Origin: an uncultured Flavobacteriaceae bacterium
GTDB taxonomy: Bacteria; Bacteroidota; Bacteroidia; Flavobacteriales; Flavobacteriaceae
Length of the DNA: 27,698 bases
Direction: 5' to 3'
Assembly: GCA_964618875.1 (NCBI GenBank)
Contig: CAZUBV010000001.1
Coordinates: 1-27,698, forward strand
In this document: positions 1-7,270 of the stretch, in pieces
How positions within the stretch are numbered: position 1 is the stretch's first letter
Layout of the letters: each line of letters starts with the position of its first letter
Program-made: the position numbers and the translations under genes
Notes under the pieces: model-generated
Told to the model about the DNA's origin: nothing
Database searches by the model: none
Seen by the model: only the letters and a program-made list of their open reading frames with translations

Positions 1-54
1 ACAGTAGGTGCGATGAGGGCTCTGGGAGCGGAGGCGAAGGAGATGCGTGTCTAA
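1..54 (+). other. Compositionally foreign segment; reads as the 3' end of an ORF (TVGAMRALGAEAKEMRV*)
   Basis: 31 of the first 50 nt are G/C versus ~40% elsewhere; frame 1 is open to TAA at 52-54 with G-rich third positions; abuts the premature recR stop. Confidence 0.45.
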
Positions 55-509
55 GTATCGCCTTCCATGGTAGAGCTCAGCGCAAAAATAAGTTCACTAA
101 CTTCGGTTTGACCAGCCCTCTGAAGCAATAAGTCTATGCTTAAGTCAGAAGGGCCAACACCATCCATTGGTGATATCTTACCTCCGAGTACGTGATAACG
201 TCCTTTAAATTCAGAAGTAGCTTCAATGGCTAAAACATCTCGAATATCTTCTACCACACAGATAAGCGTCGCATCTCTTCTCGGGTCACTACAAATCTGA
301 CAAATCGATTCATCGGAAAGGGCATTACAGATTTCACAATGTTTAGCCTGCTCCCGAAGTGCAAGGATAGCTCTAGCTAAATCTTCAGATTGCGTAACCG
401 GACGGTTCAGTAAATGAAGCGCTAAACGAAGTGCACTGCGTTTACCTATCCCAGGAAGCTGAGAAATTTCATTAACCGCATTTTCTAATAACTTTGAGCC
501 AAATTCCAT
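51..509 (-). CDS. recR: Recombination mediator RecR, 3'-truncated (152 aa)
   Basis: HhH LPGIGKRSALRLALHLL, C4 zinc finger (CEICNALSDESICQIC), Toprim motifs VVEDIRDV, YHVLGGKISP and STMEGDT; TAG at 51-53 falls right after EGDT, mid-Toprim, whereas RecR is normally ~200 aa. Confidence 0.93.
   Translation of the reverse strand: MEFGSKLLENAVNEISQLPGIGKRSALRLALHLLNRPVTQSEDLARAILALREQAKHCEICNALSDESICQICSDPRRDATLICVVEDIRDVLAIEATSEFKGRYHVLGGKISPMDGVGPSDLSIDLLLQRAGQTEVSELIFALSSTMEGDT
489..496 (+). promoter_or_regulatory. Bacteroidota -7 box TAACTTTG (candidate promoter of the SSS gene)
   Basis: Exact TAnnTTTG match 38 nt upstream of ATG 535, inside the antisense strand of recR. Confidence 0.5.
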
Positions 510-513
510 TTTC

Positions 514-521
514 CAAAAATA
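514..521 (-). promoter_or_regulatory. -7 box TATTTTTG (candidate recR promoter)
   Basis: Exact TAnnTTTG match on the minus strand, 4 nt before the recR ATG. Confidence 0.5.
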
Positions 522-534
522 GGATAGTCAACGC

Positions 535-1998
535 ATGAATCCCACTCAAATATTAATTCTTCTGATCAGTTATTTTGGTCTACTCTTCATCCTATCCTAC
601 ATAACCGGACGGAATGATTCGTCAGACGCATTTTTTAAAGCAAATTCTAAAGCTCCTTGGTACCTAGTAGCCTTTGGCATGATTGGCGCCTCACTCTCTG
701 GGGTCACCTTTATATCAGTTCCCGGCTGGGTTGGCGAAAGCAATTTTTCTTATTTGCAGGTGGTCGCCGGTTATTTTATCGGATACCTTATAGTGGCCTA
801 CATTCTTTTACCGGTCTATTACAAACTTGAACTTCCTTCTATTTACAGCTATCTAAGTGATCGATTCGGAGATAAGGCAAGAAAAACAGGAGCCTTTTAC
901 TTTCTAGTCTCGCGAATAATTGGAGCTTCTTTCCGCCTTTATTTAGTGGCACTAGTGCTACACAACTACGTATTTGAACCCCTCGCAGTACCCTTGGAGG
1001 GCACGGTTGTTATTTCGGTCGCCCTAATTTACGCCTACACCTACAGAGGTGGTATTAAGACTATCGTGCTTACTGATACGTTACAAACGCTATTTATGTT
1101 GATTAGCGTTGGTCTCAGCGTGTACCTACTTCTTGACAGTCTTGAACTGAGCTTTTGGGAATATATTCAAAGCGAATCGTTCACCTCTAAAAGCAGTATA
1201 TGGGTACTCGACAATCCACTACAGAGTAATTACTTTGTAAAGTCCATCTTGGGCGGAATATTTATCACCGTAAGTATGACCGGTCTTGATCAAGACATGA
1301 TGCAAAAAAACCTGAGTTGTAAAAATCTAAAGCAGGCACAGCTTAATATGATCAGTTTCAGCATTGTTCTAGTGGCAGTAACTGCACTGTTTGTTTTCTT
1401 AGGCGCGCTCCTTTTTTCGTATGCCGAATTAAAACAGATTCAAATACCTTTTCAAAACGGATCTCCGAGAACAGACCTGCTTTATCCTGAGATCGCATTA
1501 AATGGAAATCTAGGACCTCTTGTTTCAATTTCCTTTTTTCTAGGACTGATCGCTGCCGCATACAGCAGTGCAGATAGTGCTCTTACCGCTCTCACTACTT
1601 CGGTTTGTTTCGACTTTTTAGGATTAGAAAAAAAAGAAGCAGCTACAGCCGTTCGAACTAGAAAAAAAGTTCATTTTGTCCTAGCAGTTATTTTGATTCT
1701 AGTCATTATAGCCTTCAGTTATTGGATTAATCAAAATGTAATCGACAGTTTACTAACTTTTGCGGGTTACACTTATGGACCACTCTTAGGGCTGTTTGCT
1801 TTTGGTTTACTAACAAAACACAACATACAGGATACGTATGTTTTTCCAATCACCCTCGGTTCGGTAGTACTTATTACCCTAATCGCCAACTATTCTTCTA
1901 GTTTACTTGGCGGATACAAACTGGGTTACGAATTATTACCGCTAAATGGATTGATCACTTTTATATTACTCTTCCTCGGAAGATCTAAAAACGCATAA
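535..1998 (+). CDS. Sodium:solute symporter (SSS/SLC5 family), substrate unknown
   Basis: 487 aa polytopic membrane protein with GMIGASLSGVTFISVPG, GGIKTIVLTDTLQ, MTGLDQDMMQKNLSC and AAAYSSADSAL motifs typical of SSS transporters. Confidence 0.9.
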   Translation: MNPTQILILLISYFGLLFILSYITGRNDSSDAFFKANSKAPWYLVAFGMIGASLSGVTFISVPGWVGESNFSYLQVVAGYFIGYLIVAYILLPVYYKLELPSIYSYLSDRFGDKARKTGAFYFLVSRIIGASFRLYLVALVLHNYVFEPLAVPLEGTVVISVALIYAYTYRGGIKTIVLTDTLQTLFMLISVGLSVYLLLDSLELSFWEYIQSESFTSKSSIWVLDNPLQSNYFVKSILGGIFITVSMTGLDQDMMQKNLSCKNLKQAQLNMISFSIVLVAVTALFVFLGALLFSYAELKQIQIPFQNGSPRTDLLYPEIALNGNLGPLVSISFFLGLIAAAYSSADSALTALTTSVCFDFLGLEKKEAATAVRTRKKVHFVLAVILILVIIAFSYWINQNVIDSLLTFAGYTYGPLLGLFAFGLLTKHNIQDTYVFPITLGSVVLITLIANYSSSLLGGYKLGYELLPLNGLITFILLFLGRSKNA

Positions 1999-2989
1999 TT
2001 ATACTACCCCAGGTAAACCCGCTTCCGAAGGCAGCGAGTACCACTAGATCGCCCTCTTTCACTTTTCCTTTTTCCCAAGCCTCAGTAAGTGCTATAGGAA
2101 TAGAGGCCGCCGTAGTGTTTCCATAGTGCATGATGTTGTTGTACACCTGATCATCAGAAAGACCAAATTTGGACTGAATAAATTGAGCAATACGAAGATT
2201 AGCTTGATGCGGAACTAATAGATCGATATCCGAAGCCTGAAGGCCGTTATGTGAGAGTCCTTCCTTAATCACTTCAGCAAATCGAACCACCGCATTTTTG
2301 AATACAAATTGACCATTCATATAGGGCATATATGAAATATCATCTGGATCGTTATCTTTTAAAATATCAGTCACCCAGCGCTTACCCATTCCAGGAGCAA
2401 TAAGGGAGAGCTCCTCTGCATGAGCACCCTCAGAATGCAAATGTGAAGAAAGAATTTTTCGATTGTCATTTTCACTTCTAGACACAACCGCAGCTCCAGC
2501 CCCATCTCCAAAAATTACCGAGACCGATCTTCCGCGTGTAGTCATATCCAATCCGTGACTGTGTAATTCAGAACCAATCACTAAAATGTTCTTATACATT
2601 CCTGAACGGATGTATTGATCCGCAATGGATAGGGCGTAAACGAATCCAGAGCACTGATTACGGACATCAAGCGCACCCACTGTACCAATCCCTAAGTCAC
2701 GTTGAACAAGAACACCCGGCCCAGGAAAGTAATAATCGGGGCTAAGGGTGGCGAATATGATAAAATCAATTTCATTTTTATCAATTCCAGCTCGCTGAAT
2801 GGCAACTTTTGCTGCTTCAACACCCATTGAAGTTGTAGTGTCCTTTCCTTTAACCGCGTACCGACGCTGTTTTATACCTGTTCTTTCGGTGATCCATTCA
2901 TCACTAGTTTCAATGATCTTAGATAGGTCATCATTGGTAACTACTTGTTCTGGAACGTAGTAACCTAAACCCTTAATAAAAGCGTTCAT
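1985..2989 (-). CDS. fabH: 3-oxoacyl-ACP synthase III family protein (FabH paralogue)
   Basis: TSDEWITERTGI, catalytic Cys in RNQCSGF, His in VPHQAN, Asn in YGNTTAASIP, C-terminal AFGSGFTWG. Confidence 0.9.
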   Translation of the reverse strand: MNAFIKGLGYYVPEQVVTNDDLSKIIETSDEWITERTGIKQRRYAVKGKDTTTSMGVEAAKVAIQRAGIDKNEIDFIIFATLSPDYYFPGPGVLVQRDLGIGTVGALDVRNQCSGFVYALSIADQYIRSGMYKNILVIGSELHSHGLDMTTRGRSVSVIFGDGAGAAVVSRSENDNRKILSSHLHSEGAHAEELSLIAPGMGKRWVTDILKDNDPDDISYMPYMNGQFVFKNAVVRFAEVIKEGLSHNGLQASDIDLLVPHQANLRIAQFIQSKFGLSDDQVYNNIMHYGNTTAASIPIALTEAWEKGKVKEGDLVVLAAFGSGFTWGSIIMRF

Positions 2990-3026
2990 ACGTGATTAGA
3001 TTAGATAAGCAACCTTAAAATTAAGG

Positions 3027-4340
3027 TTAATTTGACAAATACCGCTTGTAGCGCTGCGTATCGACCTTTGCCTTTAAATCATACAACAAATTGTACAAAC
3101 CAAAAAAGGTTCTATTCATATACAAAAAGTGCTTTGAACCCCTGTTGGCGTTCATTTTGCGAATAGTTTGGTCTTGTGAAAAAAACTCAGCCATTTTACC
3201 TATACCTTCCCAAAATTCAGGATCCGCAAAGTCAAATTTATCAGCATTAAATGGAGCAGTAAAGAGCTGCAGCATTTCTGTGAACAGTTTAGTGAAGTAC
3301 GAAATCTCAGCGTCACTATCTGAAAGTATGAGCATTTCAAGCTCGTACAATTTTTCGGTAAATAATCTAGAATCACCCAGGCAACTCGCATCAGCTAGTT
3401 CAAAGTAAGGCGTGTAGAACGAATCTGGAATTTCTTTAATACATCCAAAGTCGATTACAATAAGCTGGTTTTCAGGACTCACTAAGAAATTACCCGGATG
3501 GGGATCAGCATGCACCGCCTTAAGACCATGAATCTGATACATGTAAAAATCCCATAAGGCCTGTCCTAATTGATCTCCTGTTTCTAGAGAAAAATCTAAT
3601 TTAGTGTATTGTCCAAGCGGCACACCCGTCATCCAATCCATGGTGAGAACACGCTCGGAAGACCACTGAGGATAATACTTCGGAAAACGAACACCTTCGA
3701 TATGATTCGCCTTTTGAGTAATCATAAGACTCATAGAAAGCTCGTGATTGTAATCGGTCTCTTCTTTTAGTTTTTCCTCAATCTCCTGGAAATATTTTTC
3801 TGATTCCTTAGAACTCAAATTAAACATGCGAAGCGCAATGGGCTTTACCAATGCCAAATCAGAAGAGATGCTCTCGGCTACCCCCGGATACTGTATTTTT
3901 ACCGCTAACTCAAGCGAGCCTATACCAGCCTTGTGGACTTGTCCGATCGAGGCTGCATTAATGGCATCAAAATCAAATGAGTCAAAAAATGATTCAGGAT
4001 CAATTCCGATGTAACGCTTAAAAGTCTTGCGCACTAGTGGACCCGAAAGTGGAGGAACAGAAAACTGAGATAATGAGAATCGCTCCACATAGGCTCTAGG
4101 TAAGATATTACGCTCCATACTGAGCATCTGAGCAACTTTTAAGGCGCTGCCTTTTAATGTTTTCAGACCGTCGTAGATGTCAGTCGCGTTATCCTGATCT
4201 AACTGCTCTTTAGCCTCTTCTTGATTGATCAGACTTTTTCCGTAATACTTTAGATAATTTCCTCCGATCTTAACACCAGTACCAACCAACTTACTGGCTC
4301 GTTCTAATTTCGAGGTGGGTATAGAATCGAGTGTCTTCAT
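3027..4340 (-). CDS. ABC1/AarF/UbiB-family atypical protein kinase (COQ8-like)
   Basis: KGSALKVAQMLS (KxGQ position), AASIGQVHKA, AVKIQYPG, HADPHPGNF and IDFG kinase-like motifs. Confidence 0.9.
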   Translation of the reverse strand: MKTLDSIPTSKLERASKLVGTGVKIGGNYLKYYGKSLINQEEAKEQLDQDNATDIYDGLKTLKGSALKVAQMLSMERNILPRAYVERFSLSQFSVPPLSGPLVRKTFKRYIGIDPESFFDSFDFDAINAASIGQVHKAGIGSLELAVKIQYPGVAESISSDLALVKPIALRMFNLSSKESEKYFQEIEEKLKEETDYNHELSMSLMITQKANHIEGVRFPKYYPQWSSERVLTMDWMTGVPLGQYTKLDFSLETGDQLGQALWDFYMYQIHGLKAVHADPHPGNFLVSPENQLIVIDFGCIKEIPDSFYTPYFELADASCLGDSRLFTEKLYELEMLILSDSDAEISYFTKLFTEMLQLFTAPFNADKFDFADPEFWEGIGKMAEFFSQDQTIRKMNANRGSKHFLYMNRTFFGLYNLLYDLKAKVDTQRYKRYLSN

Positions 4341-5011
4341 TTAGAAAACACCTCTTTAGCTAAAAATTTGCCAAAATCAAGAACATTTTCGAGCGGGGTA
4401 TTATCAAATAAGTCAAAAACCGTATTGACCGACTTTTCAATAGCAATGTCTGTCTTTTCGAAAGCAGGTGAACGGTCTTCGAGATAGAATTTTAGAAGGA
4501 ACAAAAACTGCGCCCAAGCGGCTTCTGAAAAAATACCTTCATTGAACTTGGTAAACGAGTACTTCTTTTCTTCGTTTCCAGCAGTAATAAATGGTTTGAT
4601 GAAGGCTAAGAATCCTTTGCGAAGCTCAGATAAAACCGCTAGCTTTTTAAGACTTTCAACACCTGAAGTCTCTTTCAAGGAAAACAGCACATAGCTTCTA
4701 TTGAGTGTGAGCAATTCAAAAAAGGCAAAATAGTATGATAGCAATTGCACTCTGCGATCATAGTTTTCGTATTGTTTGTCTTTTGCAAGCGTTTCTATTG
4801 TGTTTTCGTGAAAAGCAAGCCATACTGAAGCAGACAAAGCTTCTAGTGAAGCGAAATGGGCATAAAAAGCAGACTCTTCAATTTCAAGTGCTTTGCAGAA
4901 CTTAAAAACTGATCGAGGAGTTTTCTCGTGCTCTAAACAATAGTTCATGTAGAAACTAATAATGTCTTGCTTAGAGTGTGTTATTTTCGATTTGGTTGCT
5001 GCTTTTGCCAT
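4337..5011 (-). CDS. TetR/AcrR-like transcriptional regulator (Bacteroidota type)
   Basis: N-terminal HTH-like SVFKFCKALEIEESAFYAHFASLEAL; C-terminal EDRSPAFEKTDIAIEKSVNTVFDL; 4-nt overlap with the ABC1 kinase start. Confidence 0.75.
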   Translation of the reverse strand: MAKAATKSKITHSKQDIISFYMNYCLEHEKTPRSVFKFCKALEIEESAFYAHFASLEALSASVWLAFHENTIETLAKDKQYENYDRRVQLLSYYFAFFELLTLNRSYVLFSLKETSGVESLKKLAVLSELRKGFLAFIKPFITAGNEEKKYSFTKFNEGIFSEAAWAQFLFLLKFYLEDRSPAFEKTDIAIEKSVNTVFDLFDNTPLENVLDFGKFLAKEVFSK

Positions 5012-5018
5012 AACTATT

Positions 5019-5050
5019 TTGTTTATTCAAAATTACGCAACAATAAACAA
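5019..5050. promoter_or_regulatory. Inverted repeat TTGTTTATT-N14-AATAAACAA, candidate operator 1
   Basis: Perfect 9-bp arms at 5019-5027 and 5042-5050 bracketing the tetR -7 box. Confidence 0.45.
5028..5035 (-). promoter_or_regulatory. -7 box TAATTTTG (tetR promoter)
   Basis: Exact TAnnTTTG match 16 nt upstream of the tetR ATG. Confidence 0.6.
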
Positions 5051-5069
5051 TAAACGAAGTGAAAGTTTA

Positions 5070-5175
5070 ATTAAAACGAAAACGCGCCGACTGATTCAGC
5101 CAACGCGTTTTCAACAACCTAACCAATAAATAAACTTGTTGTGCGTTCTTTTTCATAGCAAAATCTCCACAACAA
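5070..5175 (-). ncRNA. Candidate ~100-nt small RNA (possibly encoding the 29-aa ORF at 5067-5156)
   Basis: -7 box at 5178-5185, 5' stem TTGTTGTG/CACAACAA, U-rich linker, terminator hairpin; no ORF-track entry explains it. Confidence 0.5.
5073..5112 (-). terminator. Intrinsic terminator of an unannotated small minus-strand transcript
   Basis: Minus strand reads GAAAACGCG-TTGGCTG-AAT-CAGTCGG-CGCGTTTTC-GTTTT; the inner stem pairs fully only on the minus strand (G-U pairs) and is followed by a U-tract. Confidence 0.7.
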
Positions 5176-5177
5176 TT

Positions 5178-5185
5178 CAAAGATA
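5178..5185 (-). promoter_or_regulatory. -7 box TATCTTTG (promoter of the candidate sRNA)
   Basis: Exact TAnnTTTG match pointing at the terminator ~65-105 nt downstream. Confidence 0.55.
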
Positions 5186-5189
5186 CGTT

Positions 5190-5221
5190 TTGTTTATTAA
5201 TTAAAAAGAAAAATTAAACAA
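5190..5221. promoter_or_regulatory. Inverted repeat TTGTTTATT-N14-ATTAAACAA, candidate operator 2
   Basis: Same arms (1 mismatch) and same 14-nt spacer as the 5019-5050 repeat; immediately upstream of the sRNA -7 box. Confidence 0.4.
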
Positions 5222-5268
5222 ATTTTCATTTCTTTTTTCCGCTGTCAGTTTGTCACACACTTCTCTAT

Positions 5269-5284
5269 TTGGTATTCTTTTTGA
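5269..5284 (+). promoter_or_regulatory. Sigma54-like -24/-12 element upstream of htpG (TTGGTATTCTTTTTGA)
   Basis: GG-N10-GA spacing versus consensus GG-N10-GC; I found no exact TAnnTTTG on the plus strand of this intergenic region. Confidence 0.3.
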
Positions 5285-5314
5285 CTAGTTATTGGAAATC
5301 AAAATGTATTTAAT

Positions 5315-7201
5315 ATGGAAAAAGGTAAAATCAATGTCTCGGTAGACAACATCTTTCCCTTAATTAAGAAATTCCTGTACAGCGACCAAGAAATCTTCTT
5401 GAGAGAACTCGTTTCTAATGCAACCGACGCTACGTTAAAGCTCAAGCATTTATGTAATATCGGAGAGGCTTCCGTCGAATATGGAAACCCGCAAATTGAA
5501 ATCAAAATAGATAAGGATAACAATACCCTTCACATTATCGATCAAGGTATTGGTATGAGCGAAGAAGAGGTTAAAAAATATATTAATGAAGTAGCCTTCT
5601 CTGGTGCGGAAGAATTTTTAGATAAATACAAAGACAGCGCAAAGGATAGCGGTATTATCGGACACTTCGGTCTTGGGTTTTATTCTGCCTTTATGGTTGC
5701 GAATAAAGTTGAAATTATAACAAAGAGTTATACCGATACTCCTGCAGTTCACTGGAGCTGCGATGGATCACCCGAATTCTCACTTGAGCCAAGCGACAAA
5801 GCAGATCGTGGGACAGAAATCATTTTGCATATTGCAGATGATTCAAAAGACTATCTAGAAAGTAGCACCATCCGACGTCTACTTGAAAAGTATAACAAGT
5901 TCATGCCTATTCCTATTAAGATGGGCACTCGCGTTGAGACCCTCCCAAAACCTGAAGGTGCAAAAGAGGAAGACCCGGCACCAACAAAGGAAGTAGATGA
6001 TATCATTAATAACCCAAATCCGGCTTGGACAAAGGCGCCTTCCGAGCTCAAAGAAGAAGATTACCAAAATTTTTATCGCGAATTGTATCCAATGCAGTTC
6101 GAGCAGCCCCTGTTTAACATACACCTAAATGTTGATTATCCGTTCAATCTGACGGGTATACTATACTTTCCGAAGCTTTCAAACGACTTGAATATTCAGA
6201 AAGACCGAATTCAACTCTATCAAAATCAAGTTTTTGTAACTGATAATGTAGAGGGTATCGTTCCCGAATTCTTAACCATGTTACGTGGGGTGATTGATTC
6301 GCCAGATATTCCACTGAATGTATCTAGATCATACCTTCAGGCCGACGGCGCTGTTAAGAAAATCAGCGCCTATATCACCAGAAAGGTTGCCGATAAACTG
6401 ACCTCTTTATTCAAAGAAGACAGAGAAGGCTTTGAATCTAAATGGAATGATGTCAAAGTTGTCATTGAATACGGAATGCTTACCGAAGAAAAATTCTTTG
6501 AAAAGGCCGAAAAATTTGCGCTGTATCCGACCGTAGACAACTCCTATTTGACCTTTGAAGAGCTAGAGACTCAAATAAAAGAGCTTCACAGAGATAAAGA
6601 TGGCAAACTTGTACTGCTCTACGCTACGAATAAAGAAGAGCAATATTCGTATATCGAAGCAGCGAAGGAAAAAGGATATACTGTGTTACTTCTTGATAGC
6701 CCAATTGCACCTCATTTAATGCAAAAACTAGAAGGATCAAAAGAAAACGTAACCTTTAGCCGAGTCGATGCCGATGCAGTTGAGAATCTAATCAAGAAAG
6801 AGGACTCACGAATCTCGAAGCTTTCCGAAGAACAAATCACTGCATTAAAAGATAAGGTCACTGAGGTGACTAAAGAATCTGGTTATGTAGTTCAGACCGA
6901 AGCATTAAGCAGCGACGCTCTGCCCTTTATGCTCACCGAACCAGAATTCATGCGCAGAATGAAGGATATGCAAAAAACCGGAGGTGGCGGATTTATGGGA
7001 TCTGGAAACTTCCCTGACATGTATAACCTTGTGATCAATACGAATCATCCGCTTTCAACCGAAATCTTAGAGAGTAAAACAGATAAAAAGAAAGAAAAGC
7101 TAATTAAGCAGGCTGTTGATCTTGCTCGCCTCTCTAAGGGAGTTTTAAAAGGAGCTGAGCTTAGCGCTTTTATTAAACGCAGCGTAGATCTTATTAAATA
7201 A
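5315..7201 (+). CDS. htpG: Molecular chaperone HtpG (Hsp90)
   Basis: IFLRELVSNATDA, IIDQGIGMS, IIGHFGLGFYSAFMVA GHKL motifs and RGVIDSPDIPLNVSRSYLQ; 628 aa. Confidence 0.98.
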   Translation: MEKGKINVSVDNIFPLIKKFLYSDQEIFLRELVSNATDATLKLKHLCNIGEASVEYGNPQIEIKIDKDNNTLHIIDQGIGMSEEEVKKYINEVAFSGAEEFLDKYKDSAKDSGIIGHFGLGFYSAFMVANKVEIITKSYTDTPAVHWSCDGSPEFSLEPSDKADRGTEIILHIADDSKDYLESSTIRRLLEKYNKFMPIPIKMGTRVETLPKPEGAKEEDPAPTKEVDDIINNPNPAWTKAPSELKEEDYQNFYRELYPMQFEQPLFNIHLNVDYPFNLTGILYFPKLSNDLNIQKDRIQLYQNQVFVTDNVEGIVPEFLTMLRGVIDSPDIPLNVSRSYLQADGAVKKISAYITRKVADKLTSLFKEDREGFESKWNDVKVVIEYGMLTEEKFFEKAEKFALYPTVDNSYLTFEELETQIKELHRDKDGKLVLLYATNKEEQYSYIEAAKEKGYTVLLLDSPIAPHLMQKLEGSKENVTFSRVDADAVENLIKKEDSRISKLSEEQITALKDKVTEVTKESGYVVQTEALSSDALPFMLTEPEFMRRMKDMQKTGGGGFMGSGNFPDMYNLVINTNHPLSTEILESKTDKKKEKLIKQAVDLARLSKGVLKGAELSAFIKRSVDLIK

Positions 7202-7217
7202 TCTTAAAATTAGATCC

Positions 7218-7251
7218 AAAAAAAAGGCCCTTCGATTGAAGGGCCTTTTTT
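7218..7251. terminator. Bidirectional intrinsic terminator between htpG and the small secreted protein gene
   Basis: AAAAAAAAGGCCCTTC-GATT-GAAGGGCCTTTTTT hairpin with A and T tracts on either side. Confidence 0.9.
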
Positions 7252-7270
7252 ACCTTAACAATTAACTAAA

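Noticed and set aside
3091-3408. 105-aa plus-strand ORF, and other 60-110 aa ORFs nested in or antisense to long genes (e.g. 18733-19062, 23369-23704, 25241-25519, 5299-5523)
   Set aside because: They overlap well-supported conserved genes, have no recognisable motifs and show shadow-ORF composition.
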